Assembly: GCF_000315625.1 (NCBI RefSeq)
Contig: NW_005434624.1
Span: forward strand, 451,100-515,099
DNA length: 64,000 nucleotides
DNA from: Guillardia theta CCMP2712
Lineage: Eukaryota; Protista; Cryptophyta
Reading direction: 5' to 3'
Notes under the pieces: generated by a model
What the model saw: only the letters and a program-made list of their open reading frames with translations
The model's database searches: none
Told to the model about the DNA's origin: nothing
Position numbers and translations under genes: made by a program
In this document: positions 49,989-63,572 of the stretch, in pieces
Position numbering within the stretch: position 1 is the stretch's first letter
Layout of the letters: the number at the start of each line of letters is the position of its first letter

Positions 49989-52900
49989 ATGTTGAGTTTG
50001 AGAATCTTAATACTGCTTTCAATCATTCTCAATGCTGTATCGCAGTGAGTTATCGATGCTTGTTTGATTCTTTGAGGGGTTAAGATGCACTTCAGATATT
50101 CATTCTTCGTTCAGTTCCCGAAAATCTCTGTCACAGAAGACCAACCGCATGGTGAGTGATGTACCCCTTGCATGATTGCTTGACACCCTTCTAGTTGTAT
50201 GCTCAAGTGCCCAGAGTCAGCCAAGAATAGCTGCTGCATGTTTTGTAATATGATAAATCGTTTGAATCGTGCTGAAGTACTCACTTGCGCACGACAGAAT
50301 TGTACAGAAATATCACAAGTTCCGACATGTATCAACAACTTCAAAATCTTGACAACGCAGTTGAATGTTCTCTCTGGGCTGCAAGAATTGGTTACAATTT
50401 GTAATCCAACGGTAACGTTGCACTGCCTCAGTATTTGTCGATGTCCTTGACGAAGACTGCGTCAGGATACAACTGGTGTTACCACAAACCTCAACAACAA
50501 TCAGTTCCAAATCATATTCCAAACAAAAGCGCCATCTTACAACGCGCCAAATGGCCACACATTGACGATTCCATCAAGTGCAGTCCAGGTCTGTTGTACT
50601 TGACAAGCAAGGAAAGGTGTGTGACTGAGATTTCTCATTTGCAGTGTGTCAATGGACAGTGGTTCATTCAGTACATCACAACAATAGCAGGGCAGTATCA
50701 ATTACAAGTTTCTCTCAACACCGGTGTCTCCACGAATGGACAGGTTGAGGAACTGTTTTGCATGAAACGAATTTATAGCTCTAATCAATGTCTTAGACCA
50801 TTTGGACACCTTTGCAAGAATACGGCGGTGGCTCAACAAGCCCGTAAGGCAGTGAAGGTTGCTCTGCCTCGACATGATTTGCTGTTTTAGTTTTGAGAGC
50901 TCCTCCACATATGTTGTGGCTGGCCCAAGCCGGGATCAAACATACTTCATTGATACTGTCTTGAGCTCGAGGCCGCCCTGCACACAGTCATCTCCTGCTT
51001 GCAGGTGAGTTTGAATTGACCCTCTCGATCAACTCGTTGAATCGCCGTCTCACAGTTATTGCCTGAATCCTCAACTCAATGGAGGATGCGCTGGAAATAC
51101 ACAAATTCCAGCTGCAAACGCGCTCTCTAAAATCTTCTTCACCTCTGGAGATGCTTTCTCAAATCCAGCAGCGTCAGCAAGTTGCTCCGCTGCCTCGGCC
51201 AGCAGTTTTGTCAGTAACCTGCAGGCCATCAAGATTTCCTACCTGGTGCCTACGAACTGCCAGGAGTTGAGGTGCGCAAGTGCTGAGGTGCAAGGGAATT
51301 CAGTCGCTGTTCCCGTTCCGTCTTCAATATCTTGCGCATCGACGCAGTACGCGGTATACTTCACGCCTTCAAGAAGTGGTTTCTACAGCTTGCAAATCAC
51401 TCTTTTGGCATTAGTCATTGGGCCTCAACTCAACTCGATCAATGCTGGTCCTGTAGACTTCAATCATACCTTTGCATACGGGAATGGTTTGTTTGGGTCA
51501 ATCCAGAATGAGCAAGTCACCTTTTCTATCATTCCGACAGATCAGTTTGGAAACCAGCACACAAGCGGGATGTTTGTCTTTCAAATCTTCCTTACTCCTG
51601 TCAGTTACCTCGGGCTTCAACAGATCATTCAGCCGGTATCGTATGGCAATGGTCCCGTCGAAGTCACATACTCCATCTCAACCACAGGAACATACAGTCT
51701 CGAAGTCCACTATTGCAAAGACCTCACCCACTACCCCCCGTACACTCCTAGGGAAAACCAGCTCTGCGATCTCGCGACGGCTTCGAATGCTGGTCCGCAG
51801 ATTCTTGGGAGCCCGTACACCATCACGGTGGTTGGAGCTCAATTTGTGGTCACGGGCGGCAACCAGCCAGGAATGATGAGCACATTCCGAACCGCGCAAG
51901 TGGGGGTACAATACTTCTCTCTCCTCCAAAGTAATTTTCAGAATGGCCCTTGCGGGCAAACGTATGGAACTCCAGAGGTTCAAGCACGGTACCTTCCGGT
52001 CATCCGTTTTGATATTGCCTCTCTACAGTACACCAGCTATCCCCCCAGCAATCCAACTCTTCAGCCTACAGATGTCTCCCCTACAGACGTGTCTGACGGC
52101 CTTTACTATGAGACGAGGTATGCTCAGGTCACAGGACAGTGTCTGAATGGGGCTTATGTCTTCTCGTTTGTTTTGACGATCAGCGGATCTTACAATGTCT
52201 GGATATATGTCGACACGGTCAATCCCCAGCTCGCTGCTGGCAGCCCCTTGTCGCTTGTTGTAACTCCAGACCCACAAGTCATCTCAAACTTTCGGGCAGC
52301 AGGCCCGATATTATCTTGCACTGACACTACGTTGTGCATGGCGAACCAGAACATGGTTTTTTATGTACTTGCAAAAGATAAGTACTTGAATGACGCGACA
52401 GAATGTACAGAAACAATAAGCATACAAGTTCAACCTGCGCAGTATTCGTTGGATCACTTCAAACTTACGAACATCGTAACGAATGCTACAACAGGGATAA
52501 GTACAGAAACAAATCAAGTGCGTTATGAGTCTCAAACGATTCAAGGCTTTCAAGGTGTTGTGCAAGGTTGCAATCAAGGGAAGTATCAGGCCACAATCTT
52601 TGCCACTTTGTCTGCTGATTACATAGCGAACATATATGTTGGGAGTAATCTCTTGTTTGGGAGTCCATTCAATTTTCATATCTACCCCCAGCAGATTGAT
52701 CTTACGCTTGGCTCAACACAGCAAGGGCTAGTCACCTACACCAGGTAAGTTTGAATTGATATTTGATGCTTTCAGCTGAAAATGACACAGGTGGTCATAC
52801 TTTCGTATTTACATTCCCAATCCTTATGGATTTCAAGTCAACGTAATCAAAACAGACTCCAACGATGGGCAACCTTGGACATTCTTGAGGTACAATCAAG

Positions 52901-55361
52901 TGTTTGAAGTCTTTGAAGAGCCAGACTCTCGAAATAGTTATCCTGTCGCTGCTGCACAGTATTACTGTCAATCTTGTAGACTGCATCTGGCACCAGAGAA
53001 GTGCAAGGTTGGCTATTGGTATGTCTCGGTATATGGATTTCAAGATGATTCATACTTTTCAATCAATGTGATCCAGTATTCATCATCGAACATTGTTTCT
53101 TCTGTGCCCGCATTAGGTCGTGTCGAGCCAGGGTTTTATCAGTATTTCCATTTCAACGTGACCTCAAACGCTGGTTTCCAGGTGCGTGTAAGCTCTACGA
53201 CGAGCACGCAAGGCTCGTTGGTGACGACGCTCAAGAAAGGCAGTTATCCTCTCACCGAATTTGACGCAAGTAGCTCACTTGGCCAAGCTCTGATCTCAAA
53301 CGGGTGTCTCGATTGTATATTGGATTTCTTGCCGTCTACCAGTGCTCCAGGGGTGTGGTATCTTTCAGTAATCGCATTTTCATATGCTGTTGATTTTCAA
53401 GTTCTCTTCCTTGAGTTCGATAAACAACAGATCAATTTCGGCAGCAAACAATCTCAATTCACTTTAGCACCATATACCTGGGGTTACTTTTTCTTCGACA
53501 TCACACCTGACATAACGCCCGACGGTTTTCGACTTTCTGTAATTCCAATGAGCGCCAAGTACAACCTAACGACAGTGCTCAAGAAGGCGGACTTTCCGAT
53601 CTCTTTAACAGACAACACCTTCAGAGAGCTTCCTTGTTCCAGTTGCCGTGTAACGGTGATGTCAAAGTTGCCGTTGCAGTCGACGTGGTATGTGGGAGTT
53701 TACGCTGGTTCGACAGGAGGGACATTCAATATCCGTGTCCAGCTGCTCCAGACTTGCCCCAATCAATGCTTTGGCAATGGAGTGTGCACCCAACAGAAGA
53801 TCAAGAACTGCGTGTGCTTTCCAGGATACACGGGAGTGGACTGCTCCAAGGTGGTGAAGGAGAAAGTGTTTGCTTGGTACCCTCTAATCGACACTATCGT
53901 CGATTATTCGGATAACAAGACTCCCATGTTCTTCTTGATGAACAATGGCTCCAATCTGAATTTTGACTCGAATGGGATCTTGATATCTGACTCGTATATT
54001 GCCATCCCGAAGCCAACGCCGGCTGTTGCCTGCTCCATGTTTCTGAATTTGGATCAACCCACCAAATCAGACCTGCAATGGGGTGAGCAGATCGTTGTGA
54101 ACGAAGGGACAGCAGCTTCCAACAAGGTGCAGAAAACCATCCCGGAAGTGGGGGAATGGTACAGGTGGAATCAAATCGGGAATCCTATGGGAAACCCGTT
54201 CACAAACGAGACCTGCGCCGAGTACAACCCTCGTCGAGAGCTCACCGTCATGTTTCGATTCCGAATGGACAACATCTTCCCTTCACGAGGCAGCCTCATG
54301 TCACTTGGACGCGCGTCCAGCATCATCGGCCGTCAAGATGTCGACAAGAATGGGATGTGGAGCTGGCAGCTTGCTCCCTATGAGCACCCGAACGGAGTAA
54401 ATGTCGTTGTTGACTTATACCTCCGCAACGCAACTCATGAGATCAGCGTGAGGGAGCATTCGATCTATCCAATCGATGGCAAGGACATCTTCTACAAGGC
54501 CAACCGGCGCACGACTACGTTCCCCAACGGATGGTGTATAGACGGACTTTACCCTGATCCTGTGACAGGTGTCACCATGTTTCTTGTTCCCATCATGAAT
54601 ATGGTTGTGTTGGCAGGCACTTGTAAATACTTCGAGCTCGGGAAGAACTATCACCTTGCCTTCACTTTCGGGCCGAGGAGAGTAAATCTCTATGTTGACG
54701 CCACCCTCGTCGCTTTCATGGACCTCGGGCTGTGGAACATAACTCACATTCCCTCCGGCCGCATCGAGTTCGGCCATGATCCAAGATACGCGTCGTTTGA
54801 GAGGCTCTTCTTCGGGAGGGTGAGGGAGGAGGCCCTGCGACATTCGGTGACGACGAGCATGGCAGGTGCGAGACATCCGGATCTTGAGATACGTAGCGTC
54901 GCACAACGAGATTCTGTCCATCTTCACCCAGGGTGACTTGTGGTTCCAGTGGCAGCGCAACTTGCAGGTCACCACGTCCTCCAACGCGAGTGAGGGCTCG
55001 TGGGAGTCGCCAATCTCGTGAGTTCCTGCAACAGAGGAGCTGCGGGGCACAGGAGCTGACTGTGCTACCAGGCTGACAAGCCTTGACGACGGCTCTCTGG
55101 ATCCTGACACAGCATATCACGCCAAAGTGTGCCGGGAGTACCGGAACCCCAACGAGCCCTCGTCGATGCAGCAAGCGGCACACTGCCCGTGATTGAAAGT
55201 CAACACCTCTCACCGCTCTGACCAGACGCTGCAGGTTTGTGGACACGCAGACCTCCTGGATCTTAACGACGGACAACCATGCCGTCAATCCGGACTACAC
55301 CACAACTCGCACGCCATACGGCCTTGGAATCGAGATTGTTGTTTTGCTAGACACTCGTTGA
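49989..55361 (+). CDS. Large secreted or surface protein with filamin/Ig-like repeats, beta-sandwich repeats, EGF-like domain and LamG-like domain; multi-exon
   Basis: Signal peptide MLSLRILILLSIILNAVS at 49989. Repeated G.Y.L.V.....I.GSP(Y/F) filamin motifs, EGF-like CPNQCFGNGVC...CVCFPGYTGVDCS, and YHLAFTF...LYVDA. The last exon ends ...VLLDTR-TGA at 55361. Confidence 0.75.
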
Positions 55362-55442
55362 CGTAGTTTATCTCAGATCTTGAAACTTGTATGATAAAGA
55401 ATTTTTATGATTGTCTTACTAGAGCGAATTCCACACTTACAT

Positions 55443-56987
55443 TTACAAAGTTGGGTACTTCATGGTCTTGACGTCAAATCCAGGCATGGGCTTGCTGGTG
55501 GCCAACTGCTCGGCCTTCTGCTTGAGGGCAGCAATGTCGGGATTTCCTTCAAGGGCCGGGATGAAGTCCTTGAGAGCCTTGCCAGACTTCTCCTGCACCT
55601 TGATGCAGATCTGAATGCCCTCGTGGATGAGGTCAGCAACCTTGATGAAGTCCTCCTCGAGGAAGCCGCGGGAGGTCAAGGCCGGGGTGCCGATGCGGAT
55701 ACCTCCAGGCATCAGGGCGCTGGTGTCGCCAGCAACGGCGTTCTTGTTGAGAGTGATGGAAGACAACTCGAAGACCTTCTCGGCCTTGGACCCGGTGAGG
55801 CCGTGAGGGCGAAGGTCGAGGAGGATGAGATGGTTCTCAGTGCCGTTGGAGATCAAAGTGTGTCCGTGCTCCATGAGGCGCTTGGCCATGGCCTGAGCGT
55901 TCTTGCGGATCTGCTGGGCGTAGTTCTTGAACTCGGGGGAGTTGACCTGCTTGAGGGCAACACACAAGGCAGCGATGGTGTGGTTGTGAGGTCCACCCTG
56001 ATCTCAACCGTAAGAACAAGAACCTTTGAATGAGCGAGCAGGGCAGTGGTTTTCAAGTGCATGGATGAGGTAAGGGAACGGACGCAGTACCTGGAGCGCA
56101 GGGAAGACAGCCTGGTTGATGTCGGTCTCAAAGTTGTAGTCCTCTCCAGTCTTGGCGTTCTTGCCCCTCCTGAAGAAGATGATGCCCGAGCGCGGACCGC
56201 GGAGCGACTTGTGGGTCGTGGAGGTGACAATGTCGGCCAAGGCAAAGGGTGACTTCTGCTCTCCAGCAGCGACAAGACCGGAGATGTGTGCCATGTCCAT
56301 CATCATGTAAGCGCCAACCTTGTCGCAGATGTCCCTGAACCTCTGGTAGTCCCAGTCCCTGTTGGATGGGTCACTACATGGTCAGGAAAAGAAATCGATC
56401 ACGTACCGGGGGTAGGCGGAGCCTCCAGCGATGATAATCCTGGGCTTGAAGAGCATGGCCTGCTCCTCCAACCTGTCGTAGTCGATGTATCCAGTCTTCT
56501 CGTCCAACCTGTAAGGAAGGGACTCGAAGTAGATCGACGACGCTGAGATACGCTTCTTGGCGGTGTAGAACCCGTGAGTCAAATGTCCTCCATGGGGGAG
56601 ATCGAGACCCATGATACGATCGTGGGGGCGCAAGAGGGCAGTGTACACGGCGAAGTTGGCAGGAGAGCCGGAGTATGGCTGAACGTTGACCCCCCACTCC
56701 TCAGGCTTCAATCCAAAGGCAGCTAAGGCCCTGTCCTGGCACAGCCTCTCGATCTTGTCGACGTTCTCGTTTCCTCCGTAGTACCTGGCACCGGGAAGAC
56801 CCTCAGAGTACTTGTTGGTGAAGCAAGAGCCGTTGGCCTCCATCACAGCCTGGGAGGTGAAGTTCTCGGAGGCAATCAACTCAAGTCCTCTCCACTGACG
56901 GTTCTTCTCCTTCTCAATGAGGTCCGCGACATCAGGATCAGCCTCAGTGATGGGCATGTTGCCCCATGGGAACATAGGATTGGACAT
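55443..56987 (-). CDS. SHMT: Serine hydroxymethyltransferase (no obvious targeting peptide), 3 coding exons
   Basis: [66 protein letters not shown] (PLP lysine) and [13 protein letters not shown]. Confidence 0.97.
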
Positions 56988-58302
56988 GCTGCAAATACAA
57001 GAGTCAATACGATAAGATCATGCAGACAGATCAGCTACTCAGTAAAGCCTTTTCAGGTTGGCCATTTCCTCCAACCCTTTCACAATCACTACAGTGTTCC
57101 TTTGCCTTTCAACCGTTTTTCCACACTAAACAGTAATACATGGTTTCAGGGAAATAAAGCAAAGAGCGGAGATGAAAGACACGATGCTCGGACATTGGAG
57201 ACCATCGATACCAAATCAGCAGATGTCAATGTTTCTCATCAGTGCAACAGATGTTGCAGGAAGTCAATCTCTACATCATAGGAAGCACGGGAACAATCAG
57301 GTTTGTGTCTTCACAAATTTTCATCAACATCAAGTCTAGTCATCGACCTCTCCTCGCCCTTTATCCACCTCAACCCATCTTCATTTTCTCCTCTGCCCGC
57401 ATGTGCGGCATCATCCCACAATCATCGGTCACCCCTACCCCCTACTTATACCCACCCCTTAGCAACACCGACTGACCCCAATATCTTCCCGGTCTCTACC
57501 CCACCCCTTGGATCATTTCCAAACCACCTCTTTACCTCTATCATATACCATTTAGAAATTGTGAGTCGACCACCCCTACCAGTCTATTTGATATTAAAGT
57601 ACCCCGTTCATGATGCCTTACACGGTTTTGTTCTACCCCCACCCTCAATCAATCATTTGCACGACCCTACCGGGTATAGTGGAACTTTCTAGATGTGGGA
57701 AGTCTACCCCCTTTCCTAGGCTCTTCCTCCTAGGACCCTCCCCACCCTACAGCCGCATCTCGTGCTTGGGCTTTACACCGTTTTTTTTTCTTTGACCTAC
57801 CGAAGAGGTGGGTGAAACGGATCTATAGGTCCAAGCAAAAAATCAATAACTGAAATATTATTGATTAAAATTGTACCAAAGTTTTGAGTTAATATAGTAA
57901 CTTACTGGTATATAGGGTGGGTCACTTCCAGCAAACTATGCAAGGGTCCAGGGATCCAAAAATACAACCTCTTGCTAAAAGTCCTGGTACTGAAGGAGGC
58001 GCATCTCGGTACTATTTTGTACAGAGTATAAAATACCTGAGGTACCTTTTAAAATAATTTTTGATATTTTATAGCACAAGTTGTAATAGAAGCTACAAGT
58101 AGTTGTACAATTTCAATAAAGTCATCAAAGTGGTACGAGTTGCCAAAGGATTTGAAATCTTACAATAAAGTAATAAATATACAATTGGTACTTTAATGTT
58201 TACTTAATCCCCCGTACCGTCAGACTCCCAAAGGAACTTGGAACATCGTCTCCTGAGGCAGGCCTCATCTCGTTGTTTGCAAAGCAACGGAAATTACTTA
58301 GC

Positions 58303-58376
58303 CGTTACAATAATTTTTTGGCGTTACGTTATTCGTTACAAAATGTTTTGTAACGTACACATGAAAGGAGTAACGA
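58303..58376. promoter_or_regulatory. Clustered CGTTAC/GTAACG motifs upstream of RPS20
   Basis: Three forward and two reverse copies, including the palindrome CGTTACAAAA-TG-TTTTGTAACG (58334-58355). Confidence 0.4.
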
Positions 58377-58430
58377 ACAGTAAAAAAAAGGGCCGCGTGC
58401 GTGTGCGCAAGAAAGTCCAGCAGCAGGACA

Positions 58431-59107
58431 ATGGCGACAGCAGTCAAGAAAGTCGAAGGAGGAGAGGGAGGAGCTCCCGCCAGGATCAGGATCACCCTTT
58501 CCACCTCCAAGAGCGTTGCGAACTTGGAGAAGGTTAGAAGATTGGCATGCTAGATGTTGTTCCTTGTCCCTTCTTGTGCGTTGCTGCTCCGTTTGATTCG
58601 TCGCATGGCCGAGCTTGCCTGAATCCTGTTGGCTTATCATCCATTTGATTTCTATCTTTGTTTTCGTGGTTTGTGGTGTAAATTCAAGTATGTGTGATGT
58701 CCTGTTCCTTGTAGTGAATGGCATGCAAGGAAGTTACGAGATTTGACTCCTGTGAGTGTTTTCTGAGATATCGCTTTTGCCTTCTCACTGTATGTTTTCT
58801 GTTTATGCATTATACAATCACATATATCTCACAATCTCGTTAGGTTTGTGCCGATCTCATCAAGGGTGCCAAGGACAAGGAGCTCCGTGTCCGCGGTCCT
58901 GTCCGCATGCCTACTAAGGTTTTGAGGCTTACCGTCCGCAAGTCTCCTTGCGGAGAGGGAACCAACACCTGGGATCGTTGGGAGATGCGTGTGCACAAGC
59001 GCATCATCGACCTTTACTCTCCTCCAGAGACCGTGAAGCAGATCACTTCCATCTCCATCGAGCCCGACGTCGAGGTCGAGGTCATGGTGGTCGACCAGGT
59101 CAAGTAA
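58431..59107 (+). CDS. RPS20: 40S ribosomal protein S20 (uS10); exons 58431-58532 and 58844-59107
   Basis: [14 protein letters not shown]|[54 protein letters not shown]. Confidence 0.97.
58694..58766 (+). ncRNA. Candidate intronic box C/D snoRNA
   Basis: GTGATGT (box C-like) to CTGA (box D) spanning 73 nt within an unusually long (311 nt) ribosomal-protein intron. Confidence 0.35.
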
Positions 59108-59249
59108 GCATGCAGATCGGGGAAGATAGGTTGTGAAGTTCCTCGCGCTCTTCACATGATGCTGCCTCTGTCGAGAGCGTGCGTGGCGAAGGAGCTTGTA
59201 ATTAAATTACGGAAAAGCCAAAAAACAAGCAAGTTTAATTTTCTTTATG

Positions 59250-61463
59250 TCAGTAAAGAATTCTTCGTCAAGTTCTCGTTCATCTCTCCCGCGGAAACTT
59301 GTTTTTCTTGAGCAGTCGCTCTGTAATCAGCTCACGAATCTGCATGCTATCTCAGACATGTTGAGCCGCGTGAGACGCACCTTCTCTTGTTCCGCTGCTT
59401 GTATTACTCTCACGTCGGCCTGGTTGTTGGGTCCTGAGTGCCTCGGTCACGGTGCGAACCCTCCTCCTAGTTAACACTATTGCACGCGCACCTTTGTTAG
59501 GCAGGAGACTGACGGAGATGTTCTCCGTGAGCTGGTCGCACACGATCATCTTACAATCTCCTTGTTTCTCCCCTCAAACCTTCTTCACGGGAGAAAGGCG
59601 AAGCTTCGCCAAGCAACGAGGCACTACAGCCTGGATGCGGCTGGTGTAGTCACCTACACGAGCTTGTCAGTCTCCAATATTCTCCTCCTCATCTCTCACT
59701 ATCGAGAGAAGAGTCTGGAAGGCACTCAGCAGCACTCAGCAGCGCCTTTCCCATTCCCTGAACTGTAAACATGCGTGAGAACATCCCACTTAGCCCCTGG
59801 TTGTCACATACTTGCATGAGCCGCTGCTACTGCACCCAGCTCCATCGCAGCGTCACCATGAACACCTTCAAAGCCAATCTGTGAAGATAGTGAGGAGATC
59901 GAGACAAAGGTGCAGCCCATACTCACATGTTTGGCGTACTGGTAGGCTACTAGTGTCATGCACCTCAGAGCTACTTCTGATTCCATTGCTTCATCTTCTG
60001 TCGCTGGATTGTCGCTATCTGCATAGTCCCCGTGTCACCTCTTCTGACTTTCTCAGCTACTTTGACAACCAGCAGTCGCATCGTGGCAGAGGGGAAGGAA
60101 TACGGGAGGGACACTTGAATCCGACACCAGGCTCTTGGCAGCCTTGCGATCTGTGAACTTCAGCTGCCAAGCACATCAGCCCGAAGCTTTGCTTGCATCA
60201 GATCCGCGCAAACCCTCCGATCTGCCCTCTCTTGCCATCCTTCGGCTGACGCCCCTCTAGAATTCAGTCTTCCTACCTCTCTTTCCTCTCTCCCATTCCT
60301 GTCGTCTTCCCGTCGCTTGCTCGCTGCGTTTCTGCCACAAGTGTGAGCAAGCGACTGTGGCATGCAGAGTCAAAACACGGTCAACCTCCACTCCGAGACC
60401 AAATTGTCAAGGGGAATGACGGGAGGAGCTGGGCAAAAACTGTCATAACGGCGTGAGAAACGGAGGAGACAAACCTGCTCCAGCCTTCTTGTCAGCCTTG
60501 TCATCCACGGATGCAGGCGCTGGCATCTCAGGAAGCTCCTTCAGCAGCACATCGGCAAGTTTGACAATGCATTCTGAGCGTCGAGGTCAGACATGACGAC
60601 ATCAAAGAGTTGTCGACGAGCCTGGAGTTGTTTCGGGGTTTAACAGAGCTACCAGTTCATCCTCGAACTGCTTTTTACACTTCACGTCCAAGTACCAATT
60701 TCCCAACAGCTTGTCTCTCATTTCTCGTATCTTCTTCACGACCTTGTCCTGCGTGTAGGGTAAGTACCTTACAAGAGTTGAGCCACCACCGACTGACCTT
60801 GTTTTCGCTTGTCATTCTATTCGCGTCCTCCCCCGACGAGGAGTCTTCATTCCCCATCCGGCAGGCTGACTCCTCCAGGGCATCGAGCAGCAGGACTGCA
60901 TGCTCTCGCCATGTCTCTCCTCCGGCTTCTACTCTAGGATAGGATGGATCAGGTGCCATGGTTGCGACAGTCTTCGCAGGAGCAAGGAAGAAGTGGATCC
61001 CTGCTGCGTCGACGCCCTCACCATCCTCTTGCTCCAGCTCATCGATCATAGGCTCAGCGTCGCTGTCTTGCGATGCTTCGCTCGTCATGAAGTCTTGCAG
61101 GTGAGCTCGCAGCCGTAGCGCATGCAGCGAATGACGATGGCAGAACTTGGCCAGGTCGTCGCCATTGGACGTCGGGACCTCATTCGGCTTCAAGTCCGGC
61201 AGGATCTTGGCAAGGTTTCCGTTAGACTGTAGCTCACGAAGTCTGCCTATGAATCGCTGCAGATGCCTCCCATCTTCCGCTTCGCCACTTTCTTCCGATG
61301 AGGATGGAGCTTTCCTCTCATCTGTTTCCATGATCTTGCTGCCCTTGTTCCACTTGAACACTTCCAACCCCGCCCTAGCACGTTTGGTCGGTCCGCTCTC
61401 AGTGGGGCTTCTTGTGTTCGCGCTTTCATCGTTCTTCTCGACCTTCACTTTGATTTCATTCAT
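59250..61463 (-). CDS. Multi-exon hypothetical protein, possibly with a bromodomain-associated (BTP) histone fold; 3' end uncertain
   Basis: 262-aa acidic ORF plus downstream exons. The spliced ALRCMTLVAYQYAKH/IGFEGVHGDAAMELGAVAAAH resembles TAF8/Spt7-type histone-fold helices. Confidence 0.4.
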
Positions 61464-62017
61464 CGTTAAGATACTCCTCAGAACGACCTAGAAACAGTAC
61501 GATTCAGCGGCGTTTGATGTGGTATGCGCATGATCCATGCAAGAGACGCTACTTACAGTTTTCTTTGCATGTACACACAGCCTACGGACATCAACAGCAG
61601 AACCGCAAGACATCAATAGTCGTGAACATAATCAAATGAGTTTTCTTGATATCATTTCATTCTCTGCAAAATGCTCTGTTGGGGACCACCTCCTATCTTC
61701 AACCACGTATGCATTGCGACACGCCTTTCAAACCTTCCCCAGCCGCAAACAGCTGTTCCATTTCCTTACATCTCACGGTGACAACCTTTTCTGCTCATCT
61801 CACTTCTAGCACGCTCATCCTCTCCTCACAGCCTCCTCCTTGTCCTCCCCTCCTCCTCTCCTCTTAATCCTCTGCATGGCCTCTCCCGGCGCAATGGCGA
61901 GATCAATTTTCGTCGGGCCAACCGGTGGCGGGGATGAGGGCCTGATGAGGGCAAGGACGAGGGCGGGGATGAGGGCCAAGCACAGGGACACAAGGAAGGC
62001 TGATACAAGGTACCCAC

Positions 62018-63572
62018 ATGGCAGCGCGAGGGCTCACGATCGTCGTTCTGATCCTCTCGCTATGCTCGCCCTCCTGGTGCTTCTCTTCCCTGCTGACTCG
62101 CATCTTTCAGCTCCGAAGCTCTCCTTCCTCCAGACCCTCTCCTCCTCCTCGTTGTGTCAGCATGAAGGTTGCGAGTGACGCCATGGTGTTGCGCGGGCAG
62201 AGGGTCTTGGTAACAGGCGCCGGGAGAGGGATAGGACGGGCGATTGCTCTGATATGTGCAGAGCAGGGAGCAAAGGTGATGCATCAATATCTTTGATCTG
62301 CTGCCTTCCTGTCCTTCAGTCCCATGACCCACTTTGCTGTTCGATCCTCGTTTTTCCTTCTGCCCCGATGGTCTTCCTGTGCTGACCCTGCTGTCGTCAT
62401 AGGTAGCGCTCATGTCTCGCACAGAGGAGGAGCTCAAGGCGGTAGCTGAGGAGGTGAAGAAGGCGCATGGCGAGGAGGCGCTTTACCTTCCCGTCGATGT
62501 CACCAACGAGGGGCAAGTGGAACGAGCTGTGCAGAGCGTGGTGGAGAAGTGGGGGGGGATCGACATTCTGGTGAACAATGCAGGAGCCGCCTGCGAGAAG
62601 AAACCAGCGTACGAGCAGTCGGTGGAGGAGTTCCGTAAGCTGTTGGAGATCAACACTGTGTCTGTGCTGTCAGTGACCAAGTCGGTCATCAACCAATCGA
62701 TGCTGCCGAATAAGAAGGGAAAGATAATTAACATCTCCTCTCGAGCCGGGAAGGTCGGGTACAAGAACATGCTCCCATACTGTAAGTCATGGCGGGGAGG
62801 GTGGATGTGTGTGGAAGTTTGATAGCGATAGCGAGTGTGCGTGTGGATGTGATGTGATGTGATGTGATGTTATGTGATGTGATGTGATGTGATGTGATGT
62901 GATGTGATGTGATGTGATATGATGTGATGTGCCAAAATCTGAAAGCCGCCTTGCAGGTTCTTCCAAGTTTGCGCTCGAAGGTCTCACGGCCGCTCTGGCT
63001 CAGGTGAAGTTGAGAGGGCGGGTGGAAGATGCTGAGGAGACGTCAGGATGTCAAGGACCTGGGAATCACCGTCAACTCAATCTCCCCTGGGATGGTGGAC
63101 ACTAAGAGTTTCCCCAAGGCTGAAGGGCAGGCAGGGGTAAGATTTGATGACGGAGAGGAGGAGGAGAGGAGGGAAAGGGGAAAGGAGGAGAGGAAGAGGG
63201 AAAGGGGGAAGAGGGATATGGAGAGGAGAAGAAACAAAAAAAGTGGTTGAGGAGGAGAAATTGGAGAAATTTGTGTAGAAAGAGCTATAGTGAAGGCTGA
63301 GGAGTTTTCTGAGGCTTTTCGATGCAGGTCAGGACAGCGGAGAGCATCCGAGATGGCCTACTTGCTCTGGTATGGCTTATCAAAGTTTAACGCCAGTGTG
63401 ATCATGGCGGCAGATGCTGAGTGATGAGACTGGGAAGTATATTCACGTCGACGAGTTCGATGCCGCAGTCGAGAAAGTACGAGGAACTACAAGAGGACAG
63501 TCTTCTGACATGTCACAGGGCGACATGAAGAAGGCATTCAAGAACATTCATGAAGATGCTTTCCAGGTCTGA
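62018..63572 (+). CDS. Short-chain dehydrogenase/reductase with bipartite plastid-targeting-like leader; multi-exon
   Basis: VLVTGAGRGIG, DILVNNAG, IINISS, YxxSK across an intron (PYC|SSKFALEG) and VNSISPGMVDT. The signal peptide is followed by Phe and an S/P/R-rich transit-like stretch. Confidence 0.9.
62847..62930 (+). repeat. (GATGT)n microsatellite in SDR intron
   Basis: Direct reading. Confidence 0.95.
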
